A stretch of 64,000 nucleotides of DNA from an uncultured Gammaproteobacteria bacterium (GTDB taxonomy: Bacteria; Patescibacteriota; Patescibacteriia; XYB2-FULL-38-15), in NCBI GenBank assembly GCA_965231095.1, contig OZ246416.1:185228-249227 (forward strand). The letters run 5' to 3'. Position 1 is the first letter of the stretch, and every line of letters starts with the position of its first letter. The notes below the pieces were generated by a model that made no database searches, was not told the origin of the DNA, and worked only from the letters and a program-made list of their open reading frames with translations. The position numbers were made by a program, and so were the translations under genes. Positions 9,032 through 19,633 of the stretch are shown in pieces.

Positions 9032-9946
9032 ATGGCACTATTCAAAATTAACGGCACGTCCGTCAAAAAAATAACTGCAAAAGACCTCGATCTCGAGAGG
9101 AATTTGCAAGTGCTTTTCGAAGCTAATCTTGACGAATTGCTAAACATCGCTTTTCTTTCTCACGAGTTTCCGACTAGCTTTGGTGGCCGGATTGATACAC
9201 TCGGCATCGACAAAGACGGCGCCCCCTGCATTATTGAATATAAGAAAAATCAGAATGACAGCGTGATTAATCAGGGTCTATCTTATCTCTACTGGTTACT
9301 GGATCACAAGGCTGATTTTGAAAAAATTTGCCAGAATAAAAAAATCGGGATTGAAATCGATTGGGATTCTCCTCGGGTAATTTGCATTGCGGAAAGCTAT
9401 AACAAGTTTGATCTCGACACTGTAAACATTTTGCCCATCAATGTCGAACTGTGGAGGTATCGCATCTATGATGAAAACATACTCTTTTTAGAGCCGGAAA
9501 ATTTTCAAAAGGTCAGGGTATCTACAGCCAATATTGTCAGAAAAAGTAAGCACGATAAAGAAAAGCAGCAAATAATTCAGAAAAACTATTCGGTGGATGA
9601 ACACCTTGAAAAAGCAGGCGAGGATATTAAATCGTTATTTTTTAAATTGCGTGAGAAAATAATCTCTCTTGATACTGAGATTAAAGAAGAGCCACAAAAA
9701 CATTATATTGCCTATAAGCTATCCACTAATTTCGCCGATATTGAAGTCTATCGCAACCAGCTTAAGATTTTTATAAATGTGAAAAGTGGACAACTTGTCG
9801 ATCATGATTCTATTGCCCGGGACATGGAAAATCCGAAACATATCGGTCACCACGGCAACGGTGATTATGAGGTAAGGCTTGAAAGCGAAAATAATTTGGA
9901 CGCGGTATTTTCCCTCATCAAGCAGAGCTACGACGTAAACAAATAA
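9032..9946 (+). CDS. NucS-like PD-(D/E)XK endonuclease with DUF5655-like C-terminal domain
   Basis: GRIDTLGID...IIEYK; C-terminal GHHGNGDYEV. Confidence 0.75.
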   Translation: MALFKINGTSVKKITAKDLDLERNLQVLFEANLDELLNIAFLSHEFPTSFGGRIDTLGIDKDGAPCIIEYKKNQNDSVINQGLSYLYWLLDHKADFEKICQNKKIGIEIDWDSPRVICIAESYNKFDLDTVNILPINVELWRYRIYDENILFLEPENFQKVRVSTANIVRKSKHDKEKQQIIQKNYSVDEHLEKAGEDIKSLFFKLREKIISLDTEIKEEPQKHYIAYKLSTNFADIEVYRNQLKIFINVKSGQLVDHDSIARDMENPKHIGHHGNGDYEVRLESENNLDAVFSLIKQSYDVNK

Positions 9947-9956
9947 TTTAAAAATT

Positions 9957-11852
9957 ATGGCAACTAAACCTAAAAAAGTAAATCTCACATCCTCAAATCT
10001 CAGCGAAGAAAAGCTATGGGATCTTCGCCGGATATTGCCGGAAGCTTTTAGTGAAAACAAAATCGACTGGGACAGGTTAAAAACTGTCCTCGGTGATCAC
10101 ATTGATCCTCGAATCGAAAAGTTTGGGTTCTCTTGGGCTGGCAAAAATAATGCACTACAAAGTGTATTAATTCCTAGCGCCGCGACATTAAAGCCCGCAA
10201 CAAAAAAAGGTCTTAAATTTGAGAGTAGTGAGAATCTATTTATTGAAGGAGACAATCTCGAAGTTCTTAAATTGCTACAAAAATCTTATTTTGAAAAGGT
10301 AAAAGTTATTTACATCGATCCACCTTACAACACTGGATCAGACTTCATCTACAAGGATAATTTTTCAACCCCAATTAAGGGATACCTTGAGCAAACAGGT
10401 CAAGTAGACACTGAGGGTCAAAAACTGCAAACCAATCGAGAAACAAACGGACGCTATCATAGCGATTGGCTCTCAATGATGTATCCGAGATTAAAGCTCG
10501 CTTGGAATTTATTGCGCGATGATGGCGCTATGTTCGTTAGTATCGACGATAATGAAGTTCATCATTTGAGGATATTGATGGATGAGATTTTTGGCGAGGA
10601 AAACTTTATTACACAAATAATTTGGGAGAATCGTGAGGGGGGAGGAGGTTCTGATAGTAAAAATTTCAAAATCAAGCATGAATATGTTTTATGTTATGCA
10701 AAGGACGCTGGACAGCTTCAAGTCTTAGGAGAGGAAGTAGAGAATGATGATGATTACACCAATCAAGATGAATACGTAAAGGAGAGAGGAAAATTTAAAC
10801 TCATTAAACTTAACAGCTTCAGCATCCAGTATTCCGCCTCGCTAGATTACCCAATTAAATCTCCTGATGGCACTGATATACATCCAAGCGAAGACGGAAA
10901 GCGGGGATGTTGGAGATGGTCTAAGAAAAAATTTGAATGGGGTGTGCAGAGTGGGTTTATTGAATTTAAGAAAAATGGAAATGGTAAATGGATTGTATAT
11001 ACCAAACAATACTTTAAGGTTGATAATGAAAACCAGCCGATAACCAGAACACTTCCTCCATTGGCTGTGATCCAAGAATATTCGAGTACGATGGCCACAA
11101 AACAAATGGAGGCCATATTCGGAAAAAAGAAAATATTCGATTATTCAAAACCATACCCACTGATAAAAAAACTTGTCCGTTTTGTGTCTAAAAAAAGTAG
11201 TGATGATATCATTCTCGACTTTTTTGCTGGATCAGCTACTACGGGACATGCAGTACTATCGCTTAACCAAGACGACGGTGGACATCGCAAATTTGTCCTT
11301 GTTCAGCTTCCGGAATTAATTGATGTGAAATCAGAGGCATATAAATCAGGCTACCGAACAATTACTGAAATTGGTATTGATCGATTAAAAAAGGTCATAA
11401 AAGGCTATGGCGAAAATTCTCCAATTGACGATGGGTTTAAAGTATTCGAATTAGGTAACTCTAACTATCCAGAGAATAATTTTGACTTTGATCCAGATAA
11501 GAGTGAGCAAGAAAATAAAAAGGCATTTGAAGCATATCTTGCAAAAGCAAAGCAGGCTTCTTTATTCGATGCCGAGAATGGCATTGATGTTGTTTATGAA
11601 AACATCGTAAAAGAAGGCTTGTCCCTAAATGCAAAAGTGACAGAGCAGAAGCTCGGTAAAAATAAAGTGTATGTGGTCACTGATGGCGAACGGTCACTGT
11701 TGGTTTGCTTAGACAAGAAGGTCGAGTCGGAGACGATCAAAGAACTTACTAGCCACGAATACAAAGATCGGATATTTATCTGCATCGATAAAGCTCTAGA
11801 TGACACTGGCAAGGCAAATCTTGGCCTCAATCTTGAGCTAAAAACAATCTAA
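9957..11852 (+). CDS. mod: Type III restriction-modification methyltransferase (Mod)
   Basis: IEGDNLEVLK, YIDPPYNTG, DFFAGSATTG; adjacent to Res. Confidence 0.93.
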   Translation: MATKPKKVNLTSSNLSEEKLWDLRRILPEAFSENKIDWDRLKTVLGDHIDPRIEKFGFSWAGKNNALQSVLIPSAATLKPATKKGLKFESSENLFIEGDNLEVLKLLQKSYFEKVKVIYIDPPYNTGSDFIYKDNFSTPIKGYLEQTGQVDTEGQKLQTNRETNGRYHSDWLSMMYPRLKLAWNLLRDDGAMFVSIDDNEVHHLRILMDEIFGEENFITQIIWENREGGGGSDSKNFKIKHEYVLCYAKDAGQLQVLGEEVENDDDYTNQDEYVKERGKFKLIKLNSFSIQYSASLDYPIKSPDGTDIHPSEDGKRGCWRWSKKKFEWGVQSGFIEFKKNGNGKWIVYTKQYFKVDNENQPITRTLPPLAVIQEYSSTMATKQMEAIFGKKKIFDYSKPYPLIKKLVRFVSKKSSDDIILDFFAGSATTGHAVLSLNQDDGGHRKFVLVQLPELIDVKSEAYKSGYRTITEIGIDRLKKVIKGYGENSPIDDGFKVFELGNSNYPENNFDFDPDKSEQENKKAFEAYLAKAKQASLFDAENGIDVVYENIVKEGLSLNAKVTEQKLGKNKVYVVTDGERSLLVCLDKKVESETIKELTSHEYKDRIFICIDKALDDTGKANLGLNLELKTI

Positions 11853-11856
11853 AGTT

Positions 11857-14466
11857 ATGAAGTTAAAATTCGACGCAAATCAAGAATACCAAATCGATGC
11901 AATCAGCGCCGCTGTTGATCTATTCGAAGGTCAGGATAAAAGCGCAAGTAAAATGTTTGCGGGCAATGGACTGCTAGGAATCTACCCAAACATTCTTTCC
12001 CTCTCTAAAGATGATATTTTGGCTAACTGCAGCAGGGTGCAAGAGCACAACAAAACCAAAAATGGAGATGGAACATCCGACTTCGACTTCTCAATCGAAA
12101 TGGAAACCGGAACCGGTAAAACCTACGTCTATCTCCGCACTGTCTTTGAGTTGAATAAAAAATACGGCTGGAAAAAATTTATTGTGTTGGTGCCGTCCGT
12201 TGCTATACGAGAAGGGGTTATTAAGACACTTAACATCACCAAAGACCATTTCGCTGATCTTTACGATAATACGCCGTACCGTTTTTATGAATATCAGTCC
12301 AAGAATATTTCCCAGGTAAAGCACTTTGCCGACAGTTCCAACATCGAGATAATGGTCATGACTATCGGCGCTTTTAATAAAGACACTAACGTACTGTATA
12401 GCGAACGTGACCAGATGCATGGTGAACAGCCGATCAGCTATATCCAAAAGACCAATCCTATTTTAATCCTGGACGAACCGCAGAACATGGAAGGCGAGGC
12501 TACAAAAAAAGCTCTCGACAATTTCAATTCACTTTTCCGCCTACGCTACTCGGCGACCCACCGGAATGTTTATAACCTCATTTACCAACTCGCACCGTAT
12601 GACGCATATCAGATGGGTTTGGTAAAGAAGATCGAGGTCTTTTCAGTAGTGGATGACGATAATGCAACATCCGCGCCATTGCTTAATCTCATCGAAGTGA
12701 AGCCAAGCAAAACCGCAATTAAGGCCCAGATCGAGGTCATCGTAAAAGACGATCAGGGTAATGGCAAAAAGAAAAAAATAAGTGTTAAGCAAGGCGATGA
12801 TCTTGCGAAGAAAACTGAGAACTCAGCCTACGATGGCTACATTGTCGACGAGCTTACTGCGGACGCTCCGGACTTCGGTTCAATCGGTTCCGTGCGCTTC
12901 CGAAACAATGTTCAGGTCAAACAAGGCGAAGGCATCGGTGGCAACAGGCAAGATGTCATGAAAGAACAGATTGCCGAGACTATTAAGCTCCATTTTGAGA
13001 AGAAAAAGAAACTGAAGGAGGTGGGCATCAAAGTTTTATCCCTGTTTTTTATCGATCGCGTAGACAACTATGTCCGGGATGACGGTTTTATACGGCAAAC
13101 ATTTATTCAGCAGTTCAATACTCTTAAAAAAGAATACGGCGAAAGCAACACTGATGTGAGCAAGGTTCACAAAGGCTACTTCGCCATGAAGAATGCCACA
13201 GAGTACATCGAACGCGAATCTGCTATTGCGGAAAACAAGGAGGCATACGAGCTGATCATGAAAGATAAAGAGCGATTGCTTTCCTTTGATGAAGCGACTG
13301 AATTTATTTTCTCGCACTCGGCCCTCAAGGAAGGCTGGGACAATCCTAATATTTTTAACATCTGCACTCTCAATCTGACTTCCTCAACTATGAAAAAGAG
13401 ACAAGAGATAGGTCGTGGTATGCGACTTTGCGTGGATCAATCAGGTGAGCGCATCTTTCTTAAAAACATAAACCTATTGTCGGTCATCGCAAACGAAAGC
13501 TATTCCAGCTATGTGGCGGGCTTACAATCAGAGTTTGTCGAGGATGGCATATACAAAGCACCTCCTGTTCCAAATAATGCCAAGAGCAAAGTTACCGTAA
13601 AGCTCAAAAAGGGATTCGATAAAGATGAAAATTTCCAGGCAATTTGGGATCGTATCTCTAAAAAAACTAAATACGTTGTTCGCGTAAACGCTGATCGCGT
13701 CATTGAAAAAACATCCAAGCGCATTGGGGAGCTTCGGGTCTCAAAGCCACAGATCAAAATTGAGCGGGCTGGCATATCCATTGCGAAGGAAGGTATCGGT
13801 GCGAGCATCATCGGTGGCCAGTCTCAGGAGATGACCCAAACTCGCCGTATGATCGACTGTGTGGAATCCATTAAAAACGAAACCAAGCTGACCCGTGAGA
13901 CTGTCGCCACGATCCTGCAAAAGTCTGATAACTTCAAGTCCCTAGCAAATAATCCTGATCGATTCACTTACGAGACAATCAAGATCATCCGCGAGGAATT
14001 GGTCCGGGATTACGTGGAGCAGATCGCTTATGAAGTGATGCCGGAAAAATACGACGTTAGCCAATTCGAGAATATCCTAAGCTATAAAGATGTGACCCAA
14101 CCGGTTAATCGTTCAATTTACGATGCGATAGTTTACGACTCTGAAGTGGAGCAAAAGTTTGCCGTTGATCTCGATCAGGACGAGCGTATCAAATTATTTA
14201 TAAAGCTTCCTGGATGGTTCAAGATTGAGACGCCGGTCGGTGGCTATAATCCCGATTGGGCAATTGTTACTGCTAAGCGGGATCTGCGCGGTAAGGAAGA
14301 TACAGAGAAGGTCTATTTCGTAATTGAGACTAAGGGCGGGACGAATCTGCGCTCATCCGAACGCGCCAAGATCGACTCGGCAAAAAAGCACTTTGAGGTG
14401 ATCTCAGTTAATTACAAAGAGATCAATAGCGGGTATGAACAGTTCAAGCAAGAATGTATGAATTAA
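11857..14466 (+). CDS. res: Type III restriction enzyme Res subunit
   Basis: EMETGTGKT, DEPQN, ALKEGWDNPN, QEIGRGMRL; C-terminal YNPDW...ETKG nuclease. Confidence 0.93.
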   Translation: MKLKFDANQEYQIDAISAAVDLFEGQDKSASKMFAGNGLLGIYPNILSLSKDDILANCSRVQEHNKTKNGDGTSDFDFSIEMETGTGKTYVYLRTVFELNKKYGWKKFIVLVPSVAIREGVIKTLNITKDHFADLYDNTPYRFYEYQSKNISQVKHFADSSNIEIMVMTIGAFNKDTNVLYSERDQMHGEQPISYIQKTNPILILDEPQNMEGEATKKALDNFNSLFRLRYSATHRNVYNLIYQLAPYDAYQMGLVKKIEVFSVVDDDNATSAPLLNLIEVKPSKTAIKAQIEVIVKDDQGNGKKKKISVKQGDDLAKKTENSAYDGYIVDELTADAPDFGSIGSVRFRNNVQVKQGEGIGGNRQDVMKEQIAETIKLHFEKKKKLKEVGIKVLSLFFIDRVDNYVRDDGFIRQTFIQQFNTLKKEYGESNTDVSKVHKGYFAMKNATEYIERESAIAENKEAYELIMKDKERLLSFDEATEFIFSHSALKEGWDNPNIFNICTLNLTSSTMKKRQEIGRGMRLCVDQSGERIFLKNINLLSVIANESYSSYVAGLQSEFVEDGIYKAPPVPNNAKSKVTVKLKKGFDKDENFQAIWDRISKKTKYVVRVNADRVIEKTSKRIGELRVSKPQIKIERAGISIAKEGIGASIIGGQSQEMTQTRRMIDCVESIKNETKLTRETVATILQKSDNFKSLANNPDRFTYETIKIIREELVRDYVEQIAYEVMPEKYDVSQFENILSYKDVTQPVNRSIYDAIVYDSEVEQKFAVDLDQDERIKLFIKLPGWFKIETPVGGYNPDWAIVTAKRDLRGKEDTEKVYFVIETKGGTNLRSSERAKIDSAKKHFEVISVNYKEINSGYEQFKQECMN

Positions 14467-14470
14467 AAAT

Positions 14471-15454
14471 ATGAAAAATACTTTATACAAAACTGGCTTG
14501 GGGCAATATATTCTAGGGGACTCTCAAAAACTTATTGAGAGCGGTTCTCTTGATCAGTATAAAAACAAAGTCCAACTGATCTTATTCTCTCCACCCTTCC
14601 CCTTAAACGCAAAAAAGAAATATGGCAACAAGCTCGGAAAGGAATACAAAAAATGGTTGGCCGACCTTGCGCCACTATTTACGAAGCTATTAAAAAAAGA
14701 CGGCTCGATCGTAGTAGAGCTGGGCAATGCATGGGAACCTAAGCGGCCGGTCCAAGCCTTACTTTCTCTTGAATCGCTGATCGCATTTTTGAATAACCCT
14801 AAAGCAGACTTGCGCCTGTGCCAGGAATTTATTTGCTATAACCCTTCACGACTCCCATCTCCAGCCCAATGGGTTACCATCAACCGAATCCGTACGATCG
14901 ATAGCTATACGCATGTCTGGTGGATGGCAAAATCTGATTTTCCAAAAGCAGATAACCGCAAAGTTCTTAGACCCTACAGCAAGAGCATGATCCAGCTATT
15001 AAAACGCAAGAGCTATAATTCGGGTAAACGACCATCACAACATAGTATCAGCGAAAAAGGTTTCCTTACTGACAATAAAGGTAGCATTATGCATAACGTG
15101 CTCGAGTTGGAACAGATGGATGAGCAGAGAGAGATGAGGTTGCCACAAAATATGTTTAGTTTTGCAAATACCAACTCAAACGACTTTTTCTCAATACAGT
15201 GCCGCGAAAAGAACATACCAATACATCCGGCACGAATGCCAACCTCGCTCGCAACATTTTTTATAGAATTCCTGACAGACCCAGGTGACATAGTCTTCGA
15301 TCCCTTTGCCGGGACGAACACCACTGGATACTGTGCGGAAAAATTAAAAAGAAAATGGCTCGCGGTAGAAATTGACAAGGATTACGGGAAACAGTCGATT
15401 ATCAGATTCAAAGAGCCAAAACTTACTAAAACATTAACTATTAAAAAAATATGA
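14471..15454 (+). CDS. Beta-class DNA methyltransferase (probably N4-cytosine)
   Basis: SPPF catalytic motif, HPARMP, DPFAGTNTTG. Confidence 0.88.
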   Translation: MKNTLYKTGLGQYILGDSQKLIESGSLDQYKNKVQLILFSPPFPLNAKKKYGNKLGKEYKKWLADLAPLFTKLLKKDGSIVVELGNAWEPKRPVQALLSLESLIAFLNNPKADLRLCQEFICYNPSRLPSPAQWVTINRIRTIDSYTHVWWMAKSDFPKADNRKVLRPYSKSMIQLLKRKSYNSGKRPSQHSISEKGFLTDNKGSIMHNVLELEQMDEQREMRLPQNMFSFANTNSNDFFSIQCREKNIPIHPARMPTSLATFFIEFLTDPGDIVFDPFAGTNTTGYCAEKLKRKWLAVEIDKDYGKQSIIRFKEPKLTKTLTIKKI

Positions 15455-17439
15455 GCACCAAATCAGTTATCAAAAATCTAGCTTCCGTGGATATCCTGAC
15501 TGAGGCGAAAAACGCCGATGCTCTTATTGGGCGTCCCTTTTACTTGGACTACGAAAAAGCCTGTGTTCTTGTACCAGACGCGTGGAAAATGAAAGTCGGC
15601 GGAATACCGCAGGGTACATTCCTGCTTGCTTTCTACGAGAACGATGAAGGTATCTCCGAGGCGTTGCTTTTAAGAGCGCTCGGCCCGAAGGGTCTGCCCA
15701 CCGATAATGACGTGACAAGTTCGATGATCGAGTACTACAAGGACAACCTGAAAACAGCCGATGTCAAAGGTACTCAGCTCGACGACTTCACTCGTTACCA
15801 CTTCAGTTTTTCAGGACTTGAGTGTCGTATCCTGGGGACTTTTTACAAGGATAAGTCGGGGACGGTAATTTTTGGAGCAGACCTTGAAAACTTCTACAGT
15901 GCCCACAACTATACGGTCTACAAGCCATCTGGCAAAGTCCTCGAGCAAATTGTTAACTACAAGGATTTGAATGAGGTCGCTGGTGGGGTGAGCGATGTGA
16001 AGATCGGAAATGTTCGCTACAGTTCAAGTCTGCGTTTTCAGGATGGTATCGAAAAAGTTCCCGTTTACATTAGCCCCAAGGACTTTATCGGCAAGCGGAC
16101 TGCTCTGTTCGGTATGACTCGTACCGGGAAGTCGAACACAGTAAAGAAGATCATTGAAGCAACAGTTGAGATTAGCCAGAAAGCGAAAAAGGAAAATGGC
16201 AAAGACGCGGGCACTGATCCCTTTACGAAGTCGGGTCTAACAAAAGAACCAATTGGCCAAATTATATTCGACATCAACGGAGAATACGCAAATGCGAACT
16301 TGCAGGACGACGGCACGGCGATATTTGAGATGTATAAAGACGACGTTGTTCGTTACAGCCTGCTAGAAAAGCCGGGTTTCAAGGTGATGAAGACAAACTT
16401 CTTTGACGACATCGATGCCGGTTTCGAATTGCTATGCTCGTTGCTGGCGATGGATGATGCACGCTTTGTTTCAAACTTCCGATCTATCGATCTGACTGTC
16501 CCGCAAGAACTGGAAGATGATCCGAGCTTCAAAGTAAGGCATGCACGCCGGGTGGCGGCGTATAAGTGTTGCTTGCACCAAGCTGGATTCAAGCACAAAG
16601 ACACAACTATTAAATTCTCTGGAGAAGCGACTCTCAATACTCTAGCCAGCGGAATTGATCCGTCAAAGGGCATCACATACGACCAAGCCGTGAACTGGTT
16701 TACGGCGGTATGGGAGGCTACCGGAGAAAATGCCTTTTTTGAGGACTATAAAAAGAAACACGAAGGACGCGAGTGGGCTGACGAAGACTTAAAAGCTCTT
16801 CTCGTTATGCTCACACGCAAGCGCAGTCCTGGCTCTGACAAAGGTGCAGACTGTAGTGGGTTTAGAGTATTTAAACCAGCGTTGAATTTGCACACCGAAA
16901 GTGTCGACAAACCCTACGCAATTGAAATTCTAGAAACCTTGAGAGCGGGGAAGATCGTCATTGCTGACTTGTCGCAGGGCAATCCTGAAATAATTCAGCT
17001 CTACTCGGAGAAGATTTGTCAGCGAGTATTTGCTGATGCAATGAATAACTTTATTGGTGCGAAAAGCAATAATTTTATTCAGATGTATTTCGAAGAGGCT
17101 CACAATCTATTCCCAAAACAGACAGATAAAGACCTCAGTAAAATATATAATCGCTTGGCGAAAGAGGGAGCAAAGCTCCACCTCGGCATTGTCTATGCCA
17201 CCCAAGAGGTAAGCTCCATCAGCTCCAACATCCTCAAAAATACTCAGAACTGGTTTATCGCTCACCTCAACAACGAAGACGAGCTGAAAGAACTTAAAAA
17301 GTATTATGACTTTACCGACTTCACTACCGGTCTCACTAGATTCAGCCCCAACACGGACAAGGGCTTTGTTCGAATGAAAACGTATTCCAATCCATTCGTA
17401 GTTCCGGTTCAGATAGATCGGTTTACGGCAAAAAAATAA
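15451..17439 (+). CDS. HerA/FtsK-family ATPase (DUF87)
   Basis: Walker A GMTRTGKS, FDINGEY, Walker B FEEAHN, ATQ motif. Confidence 0.85.
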   Translation: MSTKSVIKNLASVDILTEAKNADALIGRPFYLDYEKACVLVPDAWKMKVGGIPQGTFLLAFYENDEGISEALLLRALGPKGLPTDNDVTSSMIEYYKDNLKTADVKGTQLDDFTRYHFSFSGLECRILGTFYKDKSGTVIFGADLENFYSAHNYTVYKPSGKVLEQIVNYKDLNEVAGGVSDVKIGNVRYSSSLRFQDGIEKVPVYISPKDFIGKRTALFGMTRTGKSNTVKKIIEATVEISQKAKKENGKDAGTDPFTKSGLTKEPIGQIIFDINGEYANANLQDDGTAIFEMYKDDVVRYSLLEKPGFKVMKTNFFDDIDAGFELLCSLLAMDDARFVSNFRSIDLTVPQELEDDPSFKVRHARRVAAYKCCLHQAGFKHKDTTIKFSGEATLNTLASGIDPSKGITYDQAVNWFTAVWEATGENAFFEDYKKKHEGREWADEDLKALLVMLTRKRSPGSDKGADCSGFRVFKPALNLHTESVDKPYAIEILETLRAGKIVIADLSQGNPEIIQLYSEKICQRVFADAMNNFIGAKSNNFIQMYFEEAHNLFPKQTDKDLSKIYNRLAKEGAKLHLGIVYATQEVSSISSNILKNTQNWFIAHLNNEDELKELKKYYDFTDFTTGLTRFSPNTDKGFVRMKTYSNPFVVPVQIDRFTAKK

Positions 17440-17442
17440 CCT

Positions 17443-18801
17443 ATGTCTTACACAAGTCGAGACGGTCGAAGACCGAATGAATACGCCAGCAAATCATCCC
17501 ACGGATATATTATCCGTGATCCGGAAGTTTCTGAATTTCTGGACAAATGCAATCTGCCAAAAGCGGCAGAGGATGTTGAGGTGCCTGCAAACCTTCAATT
17601 CGATTTGGAGCCGCCAGAAAATAATCCAATAAAGCACATCATCGCCGTTGATGGTGGTCGCTCCGAGGTATTTGTAAGAAAAGACTTCCCATCCTCCACG
17701 CTTACATTCTTTCAGTTTGGGGCATTATTTTTCAAAACTGAAGACCTTGAAGCTATATCAAAAAAGGCATTCATCGATCCGGAAGATATGGCCAAGCTCA
17801 ATACCATTGAAAGGTATAAATTGGCTTTGCCGACAAAAAATATCTTGCTAAAGGATGCCGCGTCTTTCAAAGAATCGTTTCGAAAATCATTGTTTGATTT
17901 CTTTATGAAGGGGTCAAGCGGTGAGACTTTCGCGGAGACGTTGCGCTGGCTAATTTTCCAAGAGTTTGACGCCCCACTGGATGAATATAATCTTTCTACA
18001 TGCCCCAACTGCGCTGCGGGCAATATACCTTTAGGCGTAAAAATAAAAAAGACCGAGTTTTCTTATCAATGCCCTCACTGCAAAAAGGAAATATACATCA
18101 CGGACATTTTTCGCTTACACGAAGCTATCGATGACGAACTTGGCGCCGGTGGGGTTTTAGGGTATGTGAATGTGCTGATCGAGCAGATCATCATCGTTTA
18201 TTTAATCAAGGCAATTTTAGAAACAAAGCCAGCGATTCTAAGCGAAACACTTTTTATAAAAGACGGTCCACTTGCGTTCTTTGGCCAGACAGCCAACATG
18301 CAAAAACCATTGAGACATTTGACCACTTTCCTTTCGGAAAAACACAATCTGTTCTTGGCTGGTTTAGAAAAAAGCGGGCCTTTCGTTGAGCATGCGGACG
18401 AGATCGGAAAAAAATTGAAGCCTGGAACTATCCTGCTTCTGGACAACACCTATATTTACAAATATATCTTGCCTGGCAAGGTCGACAACACTGCGCCGTA
18501 CGCTCGGAGCTCTTATTATAGCGGTAAGATGATCTTCAAGTCGGCGGATGGAAAAATTTATGTTGTAACTATCCCTACCAAGAATGCCGACGTAGTCTTG
18601 GCTCCCAAGAAAAGTGATTTCCATAATTTAGACGCGATCCTGACTAATATCCAGAAATTGCGTTGTGATATGTACGATAATTCACTTTTCCCAGTTGCGC
18701 TCGCTAATAAACTTGTTTCCCTTGCTAACCACCCCAGCTCGGCAATCCTCGAAAAGTTTGCAAAAAAGACTATTGGCAAAACAGTCACGCCTCGCATATA
18801 A
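17443..18801 (+). CDS. NurA-like nuclease with Zn-ribbon insert
   Basis: AVDGG and IKDGPL motifs; CPNC...CPHC; next to HerA. Confidence 0.75.
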   Translation: MSYTSRDGRRPNEYASKSSHGYIIRDPEVSEFLDKCNLPKAAEDVEVPANLQFDLEPPENNPIKHIIAVDGGRSEVFVRKDFPSSTLTFFQFGALFFKTEDLEAISKKAFIDPEDMAKLNTIERYKLALPTKNILLKDAASFKESFRKSLFDFFMKGSSGETFAETLRWLIFQEFDAPLDEYNLSTCPNCAAGNIPLGVKIKKTEFSYQCPHCKKEIYITDIFRLHEAIDDELGAGGVLGYVNVLIEQIIIVYLIKAILETKPAILSETLFIKDGPLAFFGQTANMQKPLRHLTTFLSEKHNLFLAGLEKSGPFVEHADEIGKKLKPGTILLLDNTYIYKYILPGKVDNTAPYARSSYYSGKMIFKSADGKIYVVTIPTKNADVVLAPKKSDFHNLDAILTNIQKLRCDMYDNSLFPVALANKLVSLANHPSSAILEKFAKKTIGKTVTPRI

Positions 18802-18805
18802 ACCT

Positions 18806-19558
18806 ATGTCGGAATACTACACATCACAACGAGTTAAAGGTTTATACGATCCGGCATCGTCAGAGCCTTTTAAACTGTCACGATCAAAGATTGACCTCTC
18901 TTTGGATTGCCCCCGTTGTTTTTACTACGATCGCAAACTTGGAGTCGGCCGACCCCCTGGCTTTCCGTTCGCTTTAAACTCTGCCGTCGATCATCTCTTA
19001 AAAGCTGAATTCGATATCCATCGTGCCAATGGTACGAAGCACCCTCTTATTGAGAAGTACGGAGTTGATGCACGTCCGATCCCTCATGAGCAATTGGAAA
19101 AATGGCGGCATAATTTTACCGGTATCCAGTATCTGCATCCGGAGACAAACTTTTTGGTATTCGGTGCGATTGATGATCTTTGGCAAAGTCCGCAGGGTGA
19201 ATATATCGTCGTCGATTATAAGGCGACTTCCAAAGCCGAGGACATCACAGAACTAAATAAAGAATGGCAGAACGGATATAAACGTCAGATGGAGGTGTAC
19301 CAGTGGTTGCTCCGCAAAAACGGATTGAAGGTTTCCAGTACTGGCTACTTTGTCTACTGCAACGGCAAGTCAGATCGAACGGCGTTCGATGCAAAGCTCG
19401 ACTTCGACATCACGCTAATTCCTTACATCGGAGATGATTCGTGGGTAGAAAAAGCCCTCATAGATGCTCACAAGTGTCTCAATGGCGATACAATCCCGAC
19501 AGGTAAACCAGGCTGTGATTATTGTGAGTATGTCGAGGCGATATGCAAATATAAGTAG
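18806..19558 (+). CDS. PD-(D/E)XK nuclease of Cas4/RecB-like type
   Basis: LSRSKI...CPRCFY, GAIDD, VVDYKAT, QMEVY, C-terminal CDYC; start taken at ATG 18806. Confidence 0.8.
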   Translation: MSEYYTSQRVKGLYDPASSEPFKLSRSKIDLSLDCPRCFYYDRKLGVGRPPGFPFALNSAVDHLLKAEFDIHRANGTKHPLIEKYGVDARPIPHEQLEKWRHNFTGIQYLHPETNFLVFGAIDDLWQSPQGEYIVVDYKATSKAEDITELNKEWQNGYKRQMEVYQWLLRKNGLKVSSTGYFVYCNGKSDRTAFDAKLDFDITLIPYIGDDSWVEKALIDAHKCLNGDTIPTGKPGCDYCEYVEAICKYK

Positions 19559-19633
19559 TTATCAACCCCGCTTTAGATATGTTCAAAACCATGATTAATT
19601 GATAAAATACAGTTACAATTGAATGTGCCTAAA

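Noticed and set aside
18806-19558. CRISPR-Cas locus suggested by the Cas4-like gene
   Set aside because: No cas1/cas2, effector genes or repeat-spacer array seen anywhere in the window
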